Positions 15,612-23,528 of a DNA stretch of 27,903 bases are shown here, one piece after another. The notes beneath the pieces were generated by a model that was given only the letters and a program-made list of their open reading frames with translations, searched no databases and was not told the origin of the DNA. The position numbers and the translations under genes were made by a program. The DNA is from Polyangium sp. 6x1 (GTDB taxonomy: Bacteria > Myxococcota_A > Polyangia > Polyangiales > Polyangiaceae): the NCBI RefSeq assembly GCF_029946515.1, contig NZ_JARZHH010000040.1, positions 1 to 27,903 of the forward strand, written 5' to 3'. How positions within the stretch are numbered: the first letter of the stretch is position 1; every line of letters starts with the position of its first letter.

Positions 15612-16988
15612 ATGAAGCTCCTTCGCGCCCTCGCCTTGTCTTTGCCGTTCCTCTTGGCGCCCGCCCTCTACGCGACCGATTCGGATGCGTGCGGCGGTTG
15701 TTTCATCAGCCAGCAGGAGACCACGCAGGTCACCGGCCATCGCATGGTTCTTTCGATCTCAAACGATCGCACGACCCTTTGGGATCAAATCACCTACGCC
15801 GGTGATCCTTCCTCGTTCGCCTGGCTCCTGCCGATCAAGGGACAGGTCGACGTCGGGCTCTCGTCGGACGCTGTCTTTGGCGCGCTCGAACAGGCCACGC
15901 AGGTCTCGGTCCTCTCGCCCTCGATCAACTGCCTCCCGTCGGGCTGCGTGGGCGCGCCGAACGCCGGCGGGGACGGCGCCGGCGGCAGCGGCGGCGCGGG
16001 CGGCGGCGTCGAGGTCATCGCCGAAGAGGTCGTCGGTCCGTACGCGACGGTGCAGCTCTCCTCGCAGGATCCGAGCGCGCTCGCGAACTGGTTGCTCACG
16101 AACGGCTACAACATCCCGCCGGACATCAAGCCGATCGTCGACGCGTACGTGAGCGAGGGCTTCGACTTCCTCGCCCTCAAGCTCGTGCCCGGCCAGGGCA
16201 TCGATTCGATGCGCCCCGTGCGCGTCACGTCGCCGGGCGCGGTGCCGGTCTTGCCGCTGCGCATGGTCGCCGCGGGCACGGGCGCGATCACGCCGATCAC
16301 GTTGTGGGTCCTCGCCGAGGGCCGCTACGAGCCGACGAACTTCCCGAGCTTCAAGATCAAGGCCCCGGATCTCGTGTGGAACTGGGACACGCAGTCGAGC
16401 AACTACAAGGACCTCAAGCAGAAGAGCTTCGACGCGTCGGGCGGCAAGGCGTGGCTCGTCGAGGCGGGCGAGCCGCTGTCGCGCTACTGGATCGAAGACA
16501 GCCTCAAGTACACGGCCGAATACGACCCGGAAAACAGCGGCTACGGCGGCGATCCGATGGGCCCGACTGCGCTCGAGGAGTGCGTCGAGGACCTCGACGC
16601 GCTCTTCGGTGCGATCCCCGAGAACAACCTCTGGGTGACCCGCATCCACGCGGAGCTCTCGCGCGCGGCGCTCGCGGCGGATCTGAAGCTCGGCGCGTCG
16701 AACGACCAGTCGTACATCGAGCGATGGCTCCAGGTCACGAACGCCGTCGGCACGCCGCCCGTGTGCCCGCCGCCGCCGGAGTGGTGCACGGGCACGGGCG
16801 AAGGGCCGGGATCCGACCCCGACCTGAACCCGTGGGACAACGGCTTCGGCGTGGGCGAGGACGACCCGAACCCGGGCTCGAGCAGCGGCGGCTGCGCCGT
16901 CGGCGGCGAGTCGGGCATGCCCGCGGCGCTCGGGCTCCTCGGCGGCGCGATGCTGCTGTCCGTCGCGCGTCGCCGTCGTCGCCGCTGA
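15612..16988 (+). CDS. Secreted protein with Sec signal peptide, Gly-rich tract, and C-terminal MYXO-CTERM-like sorting tail; central region may be DUF2330-like (unverified)
   Basis: Start ATG 15612 (MKLLRALALSLPFLLAPALYATD) with RBS GGAGAA 5 nt upstream; the track ORF begins 63 nt further upstream. The C-terminus ...GSSSGGCAVGGESGMPAALGLLGGAMLLSVARRRRRR* has an invariant Cys, then a Gly-rich spacer, a hydrophobic helix and an Arg cluster, which is the MYXO-CTERM pattern. Internal GGDGAGGSGGAGGG tract. Confidence 0.8.
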   Translation: MKLLRALALSLPFLLAPALYATDSDACGGCFISQQETTQVTGHRMVLSISNDRTTLWDQITYAGDPSSFAWLLPIKGQVDVGLSSDAVFGALEQATQVSVLSPSINCLPSGCVGAPNAGGDGAGGSGGAGGGVEVIAEEVVGPYATVQLSSQDPSALANWLLTNGYNIPPDIKPIVDAYVSEGFDFLALKLVPGQGIDSMRPVRVTSPGAVPVLPLRMVAAGTGAITPITLWVLAEGRYEPTNFPSFKIKAPDLVWNWDTQSSNYKDLKQKSFDASGGKAWLVEAGEPLSRYWIEDSLKYTAEYDPENSGYGGDPMGPTALEECVEDLDALFGAIPENNLWVTRIHAELSRAALAADLKLGASNDQSYIERWLQVTNAVGTPPVCPPPPEWCTGTGEGPGSDPDLNPWDNGFGVGEDDPNPGSSSGGCAVGGESGMPAALGLLGGAMLLSVARRRRRR

Positions 16989-17034
16989 TTTCACCGCGCG
17001 TGCAGTTTTTCCGGGGGCCGCGAATGCGCGGCTC

Positions 17035-17051
17035 CCGCGAAATTTTCGCGG
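17035..17051. promoter_or_regulatory. Perfect 17-nt palindrome CCGCGAAATTTTCGCGG in the spacer upstream of panB
   Basis: Exact inverted repeat with an AT-rich centre in a GC-rich spacer. A second hairpin GCCGCG-aatg-CGCGGC lies just upstream (17017-17032). Could be a terminator for the preceding gene or an operator. Confidence 0.3.
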
Positions 17052-17138
17052 ATCGCGCGTCTTGCTGTTTCGTTCGGGTCACCCTAGCCTCTTCGGAGGC
17101 GTGGACCGCGTCCATGCGGCCGCGACCCGGAGGAAGAC

Positions 17139-18080
17139 ATGTACGGTCCCAAAGGTCAGAGCAGCGGCGGTGGACGACCGCCTGCGGCCCCGAAGAAAGT
17201 CACCGTCCCGGACATCCGCGCGCGCAAGGCGGGTGGGCCGCCGATCGCGATGGTGACGGCCTACGACTTCACGATGGCGCGCCTCCTCGACGAGGGCGGC
17301 GCGGACATGCTGCTCGTCGGCGATTCGCTCGGCATGGTCGTGCAGGGGCATCCGACGACGCTGCCGGTGACGGTCGAGGAGATCTGTTACCACGGCCGTG
17401 CGGTCGCGCGCGGGGCGCGGCGCGCGCATGTGGTCGGGGACATGCCGTTCATGAGCTTCCAGGTCTCGGCCATGCAGGCGCTGGAGAACGCGGGCCGCAT
17501 GATGAAGGACGGCGCGTTCGAGAGCGTGAAGCTCGAAGGCGGCGAGGAGATCGCCGAGCACGTGCGCCGCATCGTCGCGGCGGGCATCCCTGTGTGTGGG
17601 CACATCGGGCTCACGCCGCAATCGGTGCACGCGATGGGCGGCTTCAAGGTGCAGGGCAAGGGCGAGGAGAACGCGGCGCGGCTCGTGCGGGACGCGCAGG
17701 CGCTCGACGAGGCCGGCGCCTACGCGATCGTGCTCGAAGCGATCCCGCCGGATCTCGCGGAGGAGATCACGGCGGCCGTATCTGTCCCGACGATCGGGAT
17801 TGGCGCGGGCGCGGGGTGTGATGGGCAGGTGCTCGTCTGTTACGACATGCTCGGCATGTACCCGGATCTGCGCCCGCGCTTCGCGAAGCGTTTCTCCGAG
17901 GTGGGCGAGCAGATCATGGCGGCGACGCGGGCGTACGTGGACGAGGTGCAAGCGCGCACGTTCCCCGGCGCCGAGCACAGCTTCAAGCCGAACGGCCCGC
18001 GCCGCATCACGCCGCCGGCCGAGCCTGCTGCTGCGGTGCTGGAGCTGGAGGAGATTCCTCCGCACTGGCAGACGCATTGA
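17139..18080 (+). CDS. panB: 3-methyl-2-oxobutanoate hydroxymethyltransferase (ketopantoate hydroxymethyltransferase)
   Basis: 313 aa, IAMVTAYDFTMARLLDEGGADMLLVGDSLGMVVQGH…VKLEGG…GIPVCGHIGLTPQSVHAMGGFKVQGKG. PanB family with a C-terminal extension. RBS GGAGGA 5 nt upstream of the ATG. Confidence 0.9.
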   Translation: MYGPKGQSSGGGRPPAAPKKVTVPDIRARKAGGPPIAMVTAYDFTMARLLDEGGADMLLVGDSLGMVVQGHPTTLPVTVEEICYHGRAVARGARRAHVVGDMPFMSFQVSAMQALENAGRMMKDGAFESVKLEGGEEIAEHVRRIVAAGIPVCGHIGLTPQSVHAMGGFKVQGKGEENAARLVRDAQALDEAGAYAIVLEAIPPDLAEEITAAVSVPTIGIGAGAGCDGQVLVCYDMLGMYPDLRPRFAKRFSEVGEQIMAATRAYVDEVQARTFPGAEHSFKPNGPRRITPPAEPAAAVLELEEIPPHWQTH

Positions 18081-18093
18081 GCTTCGAGGGCGA

Positions 18094-18115
18094 GGGCGGG
18101 CCCGCGAGCCCGCCC
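18094..18115. terminator. GC-rich hairpin between convergent panB (+) and the Cys-rich lipoprotein gene (-); likely bidirectional terminator
   Basis: GGGCGGGC-ccgcga-GCCCGCCC, a perfect 8-bp stem, in the 48-nt convergent spacer. An adjacent hairpin GCATCAA-ttgcag-TTGATGC (18125-18144) spans the minus-strand stop codon. Confidence 0.45.
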
Positions 18116-18128
18116 CGCGCCTTCGGCA

Positions 18129-19142
18129 TCAATTGCAGTTGATGCCGCAGATGAGCTCCACCTCGCCCACGCAGATGCCGTCCCAGCTCTGCTCGCAGCA
18201 ATAAGGATCGGCCTTGCAAACGGCCGCGGCGCACGGGTTGCACGTCGGATCCAGCGCGCCGCCGTTTCCCTGGCAGATCGAGTGCGCGCAGTTGCAGCTC
18301 ACGCCGCACTTCATCGTGGCCGCGTCCACGCAGGCCTGGTTCCAGCCCGTCGTGCAGCACTCGGGCTGATCCATGCACACCGACGTGATGCACGGATCCG
18401 CGCCGCAGATCATGTCCGCGAGGTAGGAGCAGGCTCCGTTCCACGGCGCGCTCGAGTTCATGCCGCAGCAGTTCGCGTCCTGCATGCACACCTCGTCCAC
18501 GCAAGACGCGCGGCAGACGTCCGGATCGAGCGCCTCGCCCGTGCCGCAGACCGAGTGCGGGCACTCCGCGCAGGGCCCGCAATCCTCGGCGCACGAGCCA
18601 CAATCCTCGCCGCCGTTGCACGCGCCGTCGCCGCAGAAGCAGGCGCCGCAGTCGTTCGGGCACGTGTCGCACGTCTCGCCGTTGCACTCGCCGTTGCCGC
18701 AGCAGCCGGCGTTGCAGAGCTGATCGGCGAGCGCGACGCAGTTGCCGCCCCAGAATCCGTCGCAACACCCAGCGCCGTTCTGCGACCCGCAGACCTGCGC
18801 GACGCAGGAATTGCAGCCGTCCGTGAGCGGGTCCCCGACGGTGCAGACCGCGTGCTGGCAGACGTCGCCGCCGCCCGATGAGGACGAGGAGGACGACGAC
18901 GACGACGACGAAGACGAGGACGAGGACGAGGACGCGCTTGAGCTCGATGCGCTCGACGAGGACGACGAGGACGACGAGGCGGACGACGACGACGCGCTCA
19001 TGCCGCCCATGCCGCCGCTTCCGCCTGCGCCGCCGTCACCGCCCGCGCCGGCGTTGTTTCGCGTGCCGAAGAGGTCCCTGCCGTCGGCGGTACACCCGGC
19101 CGCGGCAAGCGCGGCGATCGCAAGCAAGCACGTGAATCGCAT
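18129..19142 (-). CDS. Secreted cysteine-rich lipoprotein with a ~40-residue poly-Ser tract and four repeats of a ~50-aa 8-Cys module
   Basis: Start ATG 19142 ([17 protein letters not shown]; lipobox AAGC) with RBS AGGAG 7 nt upstream; the track start at 19160 is an in-frame TTG. Has a poly-Ser tract; four modules of the type C..S.C..G.ALDP.C..C...VC..D..CC...W...C......C; and a central [37 protein letters not shown] segment resembling the Myxococcus cysteine-rich repeat. Confidence 0.75.
   Translation of the reverse strand: [337 protein letters not shown]
18877..18992. repeat. Imperfect trinucleotide tract (GAC/GAG/GAA)n on the + strand, i.e. (TCN)n poly-Ser codons on the - strand
   Basis: ~115 nt of gaggacgaggaggacgacgacgacgacgacgaagacgaggacgag..., encoding [40 protein letters not shown] in the minus-strand lipoprotein. 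Confidence 0.8.
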
Positions 19143-19180
19143 GTCCCCACTCCTGGGCAAGGACGCGATGCTAACGCGGT

Positions 19181-21214
19181 TCAGGCCGGCGTGGACGCCG
19201 AACCCTCGCGCTTTTGCCCCACCGCGCGCAGGAACAGCTCCAGCACGGCGAGGCCGAGCAGCCCGAGCGCGACGTACGGCGACGCGTCAATCGAGGGAAC
19301 GACCCCGCCGAGCTCCTCGGCGCGCGCCGCGTCGATCACGCGCCGCGGACGCAGATCGATCTCGCGCTCGGGCACGGTCGCGACGCGGATCGCGCGCTCG
19401 CCGTCGAGGCGCACCTCGTACCTGCCCTGGACTGGCGCCACGGCGCGGCGACGGCCGTCCTGCTCCACGACCGGGATCGGCCGGCGCGCCTCGCCCGCGC
19501 GCACGGGCAGCCGCTCGATCGCGACGTCCTTGAACCCGTCGAACGTGAACGCGTCGCCGACGTCGATCTGCCGCGCCCCGCCTCGCGCCCGCGCCGTCCC
19601 GACGAACCGGTCGAGCAGCGCCAGGAAGGCGGGCCGGAGGACGAAGTCGCTCTCGTCCACGGTGAGCGGCAAGGACAGCGCGAAGACGGCGCCCCGGCCG
19701 AGTGAGCGGCGCAGGAGCAGGGGCGCGCCGTCGTCCCACCGCGCGAGCACGTCCGCGTTCGTCGCGGCGGCCGGGTCGAAGGACGCGCGCCCGTCGGGCG
19801 AGAGTTTTCCCAGGCCCTCCGCGCTCGGCCCGAAGAACACCGCGCTCGTGAGATCGGCGCCCGGGGACGGGCTCGGCCCCCAGCGCACCACGCCTGGCAC
19901 GAGCGGGTCGAATCCTGCGCCGAGCGGGGCCGTCGCCGCGCGCGGGCCGAACGTCAAGAGCAGCACGCCCCCTCGCTCGACCCACGCCGACAGCGAACGC
20001 CGTCCCTCCGGCGTGAAGCCCGGCACGTCGTCGACGATGAGCCCCGCGAATGCAGCGAGCTCGTCCGTGTGGTCCGGCACCGCGGGCAGCGGCCGCACCT
20101 CCGCGTCGAGGTGCATCGCCGCGAGGGCCTGCTCGATCGGCGGCGGCCCGCCCGTGGCCACGTGCGTCGAGGCCACGTCCACCACGACCGCGATCGGCAG
20201 CGCCCCGCCGGCCGGCACCACCGGCGCCTCGTCGTCCTCGAGGATCGCGTCGCCCGGCGTCAGCCCGACGATCAGCTCCTCCGGCGCGCCTTCCGGCACG
20301 TCGAGCGCGATCTCCTCGGCGCGGATCGCGGGCCCGAGCGGCGCCGACGCGAGCACCTTGCCCCCGGCGCGCAGCTCCACCGCCCGCCCGACCGAGGCCG
20401 AGATCACGGCCGCGCCCTCGCCTGCCGGCCGCGCCTCGGGGCTGCACACGACACGCGCTCGCACCTTGCCCGAGCGCAGATCCGCGCGCGTCACCGCGCA
20501 ATCGCGGCCCGAGGCTTCGAGCTCCGGCAGCGGCACCCACAGCGTCGTGTCCGAGCCGCCGCCGAGGGGCGTCGCGTTCGGCGTCCCGTCCGCGAGGTCG
20601 CTGAGCAGCACCACGCGCCGATCGGTGTGCGGCACGCTGCGCAAGAGCTCCCGCGCAAGCGTCAGCGCCCCTTCCAGATCGGTCGCGCGATCGGACGGCT
20701 CGATCGCGTCGAGCGCGCCCGTCACGGCTGCCATGTTCGTCGTCGACGCGAGCGCCACGCGCGCCGGCGCGCCCCCGAGGACCACGGCCACCGCGTCGCC
20801 GCTGCGCAGGCCCGTGGCGAGCTCCCGCGCCGACGCGAGGGCCCGCTCGAACTTCGTCCGCTTGCCCGGCCCGCCCGTCCCGCCTTCCAGCGGCGCGCGC
20901 ATGCTCAGCGAGTCGTCGATCACGATCGCGAGCGCCACCGAGGCCCCGTCCTTCCGCGACAGCCCGAGCCGCGCGCACCGCACGAAGGGCGTCGCGCCGA
21001 GCACCGCGAGCATCAGCACGCTGAGCGCTCGCACCGCGAAGAGCGAGCGATCCTCCAGCATGCTCCGCCGCCGGGCCATGGGCTTCGTCGGCGGCACGAG
21101 CTTCGCGGGGGGGAAGGGTTGCTCCTCGGCTTGCCTTCGCCGCAGCAGGTGCGCCGCGACCGGGGCGCCGACGAGCAGCGCCACGAGCAGCGCGGCGAGC
21201 GTGGCGAAGCTCAT
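19181..21214 (-). CDS. BatA-like membrane protein: N-terminal TM/'HLLRRR' aerotolerance-regulator N-domain, vWA (MIDAS) domain, long C-terminal region, C-terminal TM helix
   Basis: 677 aa from ATG 21214: MSFATLAALLVALLVGAPVAAHLLRRRQAEEQPF (BatA_N pattern). vWA: SVALAIVIDDSLSM…VVLLSDLADGT. C-terminal hydrophobic YVALGLLGLAVLELFL. Its ATG overlaps the DUF58 stop (ATGA). The upstream 330 codons of the 1007-aa track ORF are Arg/Gly junk read out of frame across the DUF58 gene. Confidence 0.75.
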   Translation of the reverse strand: MSFATLAALLVALLVGAPVAAHLLRRRQAEEQPFPPAKLVPPTKPMARRRSMLEDRSLFAVRALSVLMLAVLGATPFVRCARLGLSRKDGASVALAIVIDDSLSMRAPLEGGTGGPGKRTKFERALASARELATGLRSGDAVAVVLGGAPARVALASTTNMAAVTGALDAIEPSDRATDLEGALTLARELLRSVPHTDRRVVLLSDLADGTPNATPLGGGSDTTLWVPLPELEASGRDCAVTRADLRSGKVRARVVCSPEARPAGEGAAVISASVGRAVELRAGGKVLASAPLGPAIRAEEIALDVPEGAPEELIVGLTPGDAILEDDEAPVVPAGGALPIAVVVDVASTHVATGGPPPIEQALAAMHLDAEVRPLPAVPDHTDELAAFAGLIVDDVPGFTPEGRRSLSAWVERGGVLLLTFGPRAATAPLGAGFDPLVPGVVRWGPSPSPGADLTSAVFFGPSAEGLGKLSPDGRASFDPAAATNADVLARWDDGAPLLLRRSLGRGAVFALSLPLTVDESDFVLRPAFLALLDRFVGTARARGGARQIDVGDAFTFDGFKDVAIERLPVRAGEARRPIPVVEQDGRRRAVAPVQGRYEVRLDGERAIRVATVPEREIDLRPRRVIDAARAEELGGVVPSIDASPYVALGLLGLAVLELFLRAVGQKREGSASTPA

Positions 21215-22146
21215 GCCCGCGCCTCGGCCACGGCGCGCACCACCTCGCGCACCACGTCGGCGGGGGGTCGGTCCGTGACCGCCTCGACCCAGCGACCGCC
21301 CCGCGCGGACAGCTCCTTCGACCAGCGCTCGGCGATCCCGGCGAGCCGCTCGCGGTAGACGGCGCGCACCTCCTCGGCGTCCGTCTCGACGACCACGTCG
21401 CCCTCGCTCGCGCGGAGCCGCACGTGCCCGGAGAAACCGAGATCCGCCTCGTTTGGATCGAGCACCCGGAGCGCCACGAGCGATCGCCCGCCGGCCCCGA
21501 GCGCCGTGAACGCCGAGAGCGCCCTCTCTGGCAGGTCCACGAAATCGCTCACCAGCACGATCACCGCGCCTCGCCGCGCGCGCCGCGCCACGGGGGCGAG
21601 GGCGCGCTCCATGGCCCCGTCGTCCGTGCTCGCGTCGCCTGCGGCCGCGGCCCCTTCGAGCGCCCCTGCGACCCTGTCGAACGCCTCGCGCCCGCTCGAC
21701 GCCGGCAGCGGCAGCGTCCCCCGCCCGCCGAGCCACGCGAGCCCCACGGGATCGCCCGTCGAGAGCGCCACGCGCGCGAGCGCCGCGGCCACGAGCGCCC
21801 CGTACGCGAGCTTTGCGCCTGGGGCCCGCTGGCTCCGGTAGGCCATCGACGCCGTCGCGTCCACGCAGAGCCACAGCGCGCGATCCGTCTCCGTCTCGAA
21901 CTCGCGCACCATCATCCGGTCGTGCCGCAGCAGCGCGCGCCGGTCGAAGAACCTGAGATCGTCGCCGGGCACGTAGGGCCTGTGCCCTCCGAACTCCACG
22001 CCGGGGCCTTTGCGTACGCTCCGATGCCCGCCTGCGTATACGCCTTCGGCCAGCGTCCGGGCTCGCAGGCGCAGCGGCGCGAGGCTCCCCCAGTCGATGG
22101 GGATCCCGTCCTTTCCGGAGCGCGACGAGGGGCGAAGCTCGGCCAT
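21211..22146 (-). CDS. DUF58-family protein (MoxR/Bat-operon-associated, vWA-like)
   Basis: 311 aa, GVEFGGHRPYVPGDDLRFFDRRALLRHDRMMVREFETETDRALWLCVDATASM matches the DUF58 core motif. Translationally coupled to the downstream BatA-like gene. Confidence 0.75.
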   Translation of the reverse strand: MAELRPSSRSGKDGIPIDWGSLAPLRLRARTLAEGVYAGGHRSVRKGPGVEFGGHRPYVPGDDLRFFDRRALLRHDRMMVREFETETDRALWLCVDATASMAYRSQRAPGAKLAYGALVAAALARVALSTGDPVGLAWLGGRGTLPLPASSGREAFDRVAGALEGAAAAGDASTDDGAMERALAPVARRARRGAVIVLVSDFVDLPERALSAFTALGAGGRSLVALRVLDPNEADLGFSGHVRLRASEGDVVVETDAEEVRAVYRERLAGIAERWSKELSARGGRWVEAVTDRPPADVVREVVRAVAEARA

Positions 22147-22214
22147 GGGGGGACCGATGAATTACCCCAACGCCAAAGGCCCGCCACGACAAAACTTGTG
22201 GCAAGGAGAGGACC

Positions 22215-23114
22215 GTGCGCGTGTTCTTCTGCGATCACGTGGAGGTCCCGCTTCCGCCCGGGCATCGCTTCCCGATGGCGAAGTACGCGCGCCTTCGCGA
22301 GCGCTTGCTGGAAGCTCGCCTGCTCGATCCGACCGACCTCCTGCCCTCGACGCCCGCCTCGATCGCCGACCTCGAGCGTGTCCACGCGCTGTCCTACCTC
22401 GAAGGCTTGCTCTCGGGCACGCTCGACCCCCGCGTCCTCCGCGCCATCGGTTTTCCCTGGTCCGACGCGCTCATGCGCCGGTCCCGGGCCAGCGTCTCCG
22501 GCACGATCTGCGCGGGCCGCGCCGCCCTGGAGGACGGCATTTCGGGAAACCTCGCCGGCGGGACGCACCACGCGTTTGCCGATCGGGGCGCTGGATTCTG
22601 CGTCTTCAACGACATCGCGGTCGCCTGCCGCACCTTGCTCGACGCGGGCGACGTCCGCCGGGTGCTCGTCCTCGACCTCGACGTCCACCAGGGCGACGGC
22701 ACCGCGGCCATTTTCGAGGGCGAGCCGCGCGTCTATACGGCCTCGATCCACGGCGAGAAGAATTTCCCTTTTCACAAGCAGCGAAGCGACCTCGACCTCG
22801 CGCTGCCGGACCGGACGGGCGACGACGAATACCTTGGCGCGCTCGAACCCTTTCTCGCGCGCGCGTTCGCCGAATCGAACCCCGATTTGGTGTTTTTCCA
22901 GGGCGGCGTGGACGCGCTTGGGGCGGATAAATTGGGCCGGCTTGGCATGACGGCCGCGGGCATGCGCCGGAGGGACGAGCGTGTCCTCGGGGAAGCGCGC
23001 CGCCGGGGCATTCCGATCGCGCTCACGCTCGGCGGCGGTTATGCCGATCCCATCGACGCGACCCTCGACGCGCACGTCGGGACGTATGCCGTCGCCCGCG
23101 AGGTCTTCGGATGA
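22215..23114 (+). CDS. Histone-deacetylase/acetoin-utilisation (AcuC/HDAC) superfamily Zn-dependent amidohydrolase
   Basis: 299 aa from GTG 22215 with RBS AAGGAG 5 nt upstream. Motifs GGTHHAFADRGAGFCVFNDIAVA, VLVLDLDVHQGDGT, YTASIHGEKNFPF and LGGGYADP correspond to the HDAC catalytic-His / Zn-ligand / catalytic-Tyr positions. Divergent from the DUF58 operon. Confidence 0.8.
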   Translation: MRVFFCDHVEVPLPPGHRFPMAKYARLRERLLEARLLDPTDLLPSTPASIADLERVHALSYLEGLLSGTLDPRVLRAIGFPWSDALMRRSRASVSGTICAGRAALEDGISGNLAGGTHHAFADRGAGFCVFNDIAVACRTLLDAGDVRRVLVLDLDVHQGDGTAAIFEGEPRVYTASIHGEKNFPFHKQRSDLDLALPDRTGDDEYLGALEPFLARAFAESNPDLVFFQGGVDALGADKLGRLGMTAAGMRRRDERVLGEARRRGIPIALTLGGGYADPIDATLDAHVGTYAVAREVFG

Positions 23115-23491
23115 CGCCCGGACGAACCACGCTGCTCCTGCTCGCGGCTTTGCTCCCGGCCTGCCGCGGCGGCGACTCCGCGGAGCCCTCTCCCGCTCCG
23201 CCCGAGCCCACGGCATCGGCCGCGCCTTCTGCTGCAATGCCGCGGCGCCCGACGATCCGCCATTACCTCGCGCGCACGGCCGAGCGATGCGAGGTGTATT
23301 CGGTCGACCGGGACGCCGTCTCTCCGGCGACGCGCACGCCCTGCCCGCAGGATTTGCAGGTCGGCGAGCGTATTCGTGTCACGGGCAAATCGTGCTTGCG
23401 GGAGGGGAGCACGGAGCGGACGCAGCCGGTGGTTTGTCCGGGGGCGCTGCTCTCGGCGGCGCGGCCGGCGACGGTGGATGGGGGGGGTTAG
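23111..23491 (+). CDS. Small predicted lipoprotein (126 aa)
   Basis: ATG overlaps the HDAC stop (ATGA). Signal peptide/lipobox MTPGRTTLLLLAALLPAC. GC3-biased codon usage; four further Cys. No recognisable family. Confidence 0.45.
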   Translation: MTPGRTTLLLLAALLPACRGGDSAEPSPAPPEPTASAAPSAAMPRRPTIRHYLARTAERCEVYSVDRDAVSPATRTPCPQDLQVGERIRVTGKSCLREGSTERTQPVVCPGALLSAARPATVDGGG

Positions 23492-23528
23492 GGCGGCTAC
23501 GTCCTGACCCCCTTGTCCGCCGCGCGCC

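Noticed and set aside
19191-21278. 695-aa plus-strand ORF (Ser/Thr/Ala/Arg-rich)
   Set aside because: Antisense to the BatA-like vWA gene, which has clear domain signatures. Low-complexity product.
21215-22204. N-terminal 330 codons of the 1007-aa minus ORF (19181..22204)
   Set aside because: This stretch reads out of frame across the DUF58 gene and is Arg/Gly junk. The BatA-like protein starts at the internal ATG 21214, which overlaps the DUF58 stop.
22147-22214. TGGCGGG…TTTGGC on the minus strand upstream of DUF58 as a sigma54 site
   Set aside because: The -12 element is TGGC rather than TTGC. Not convincing.
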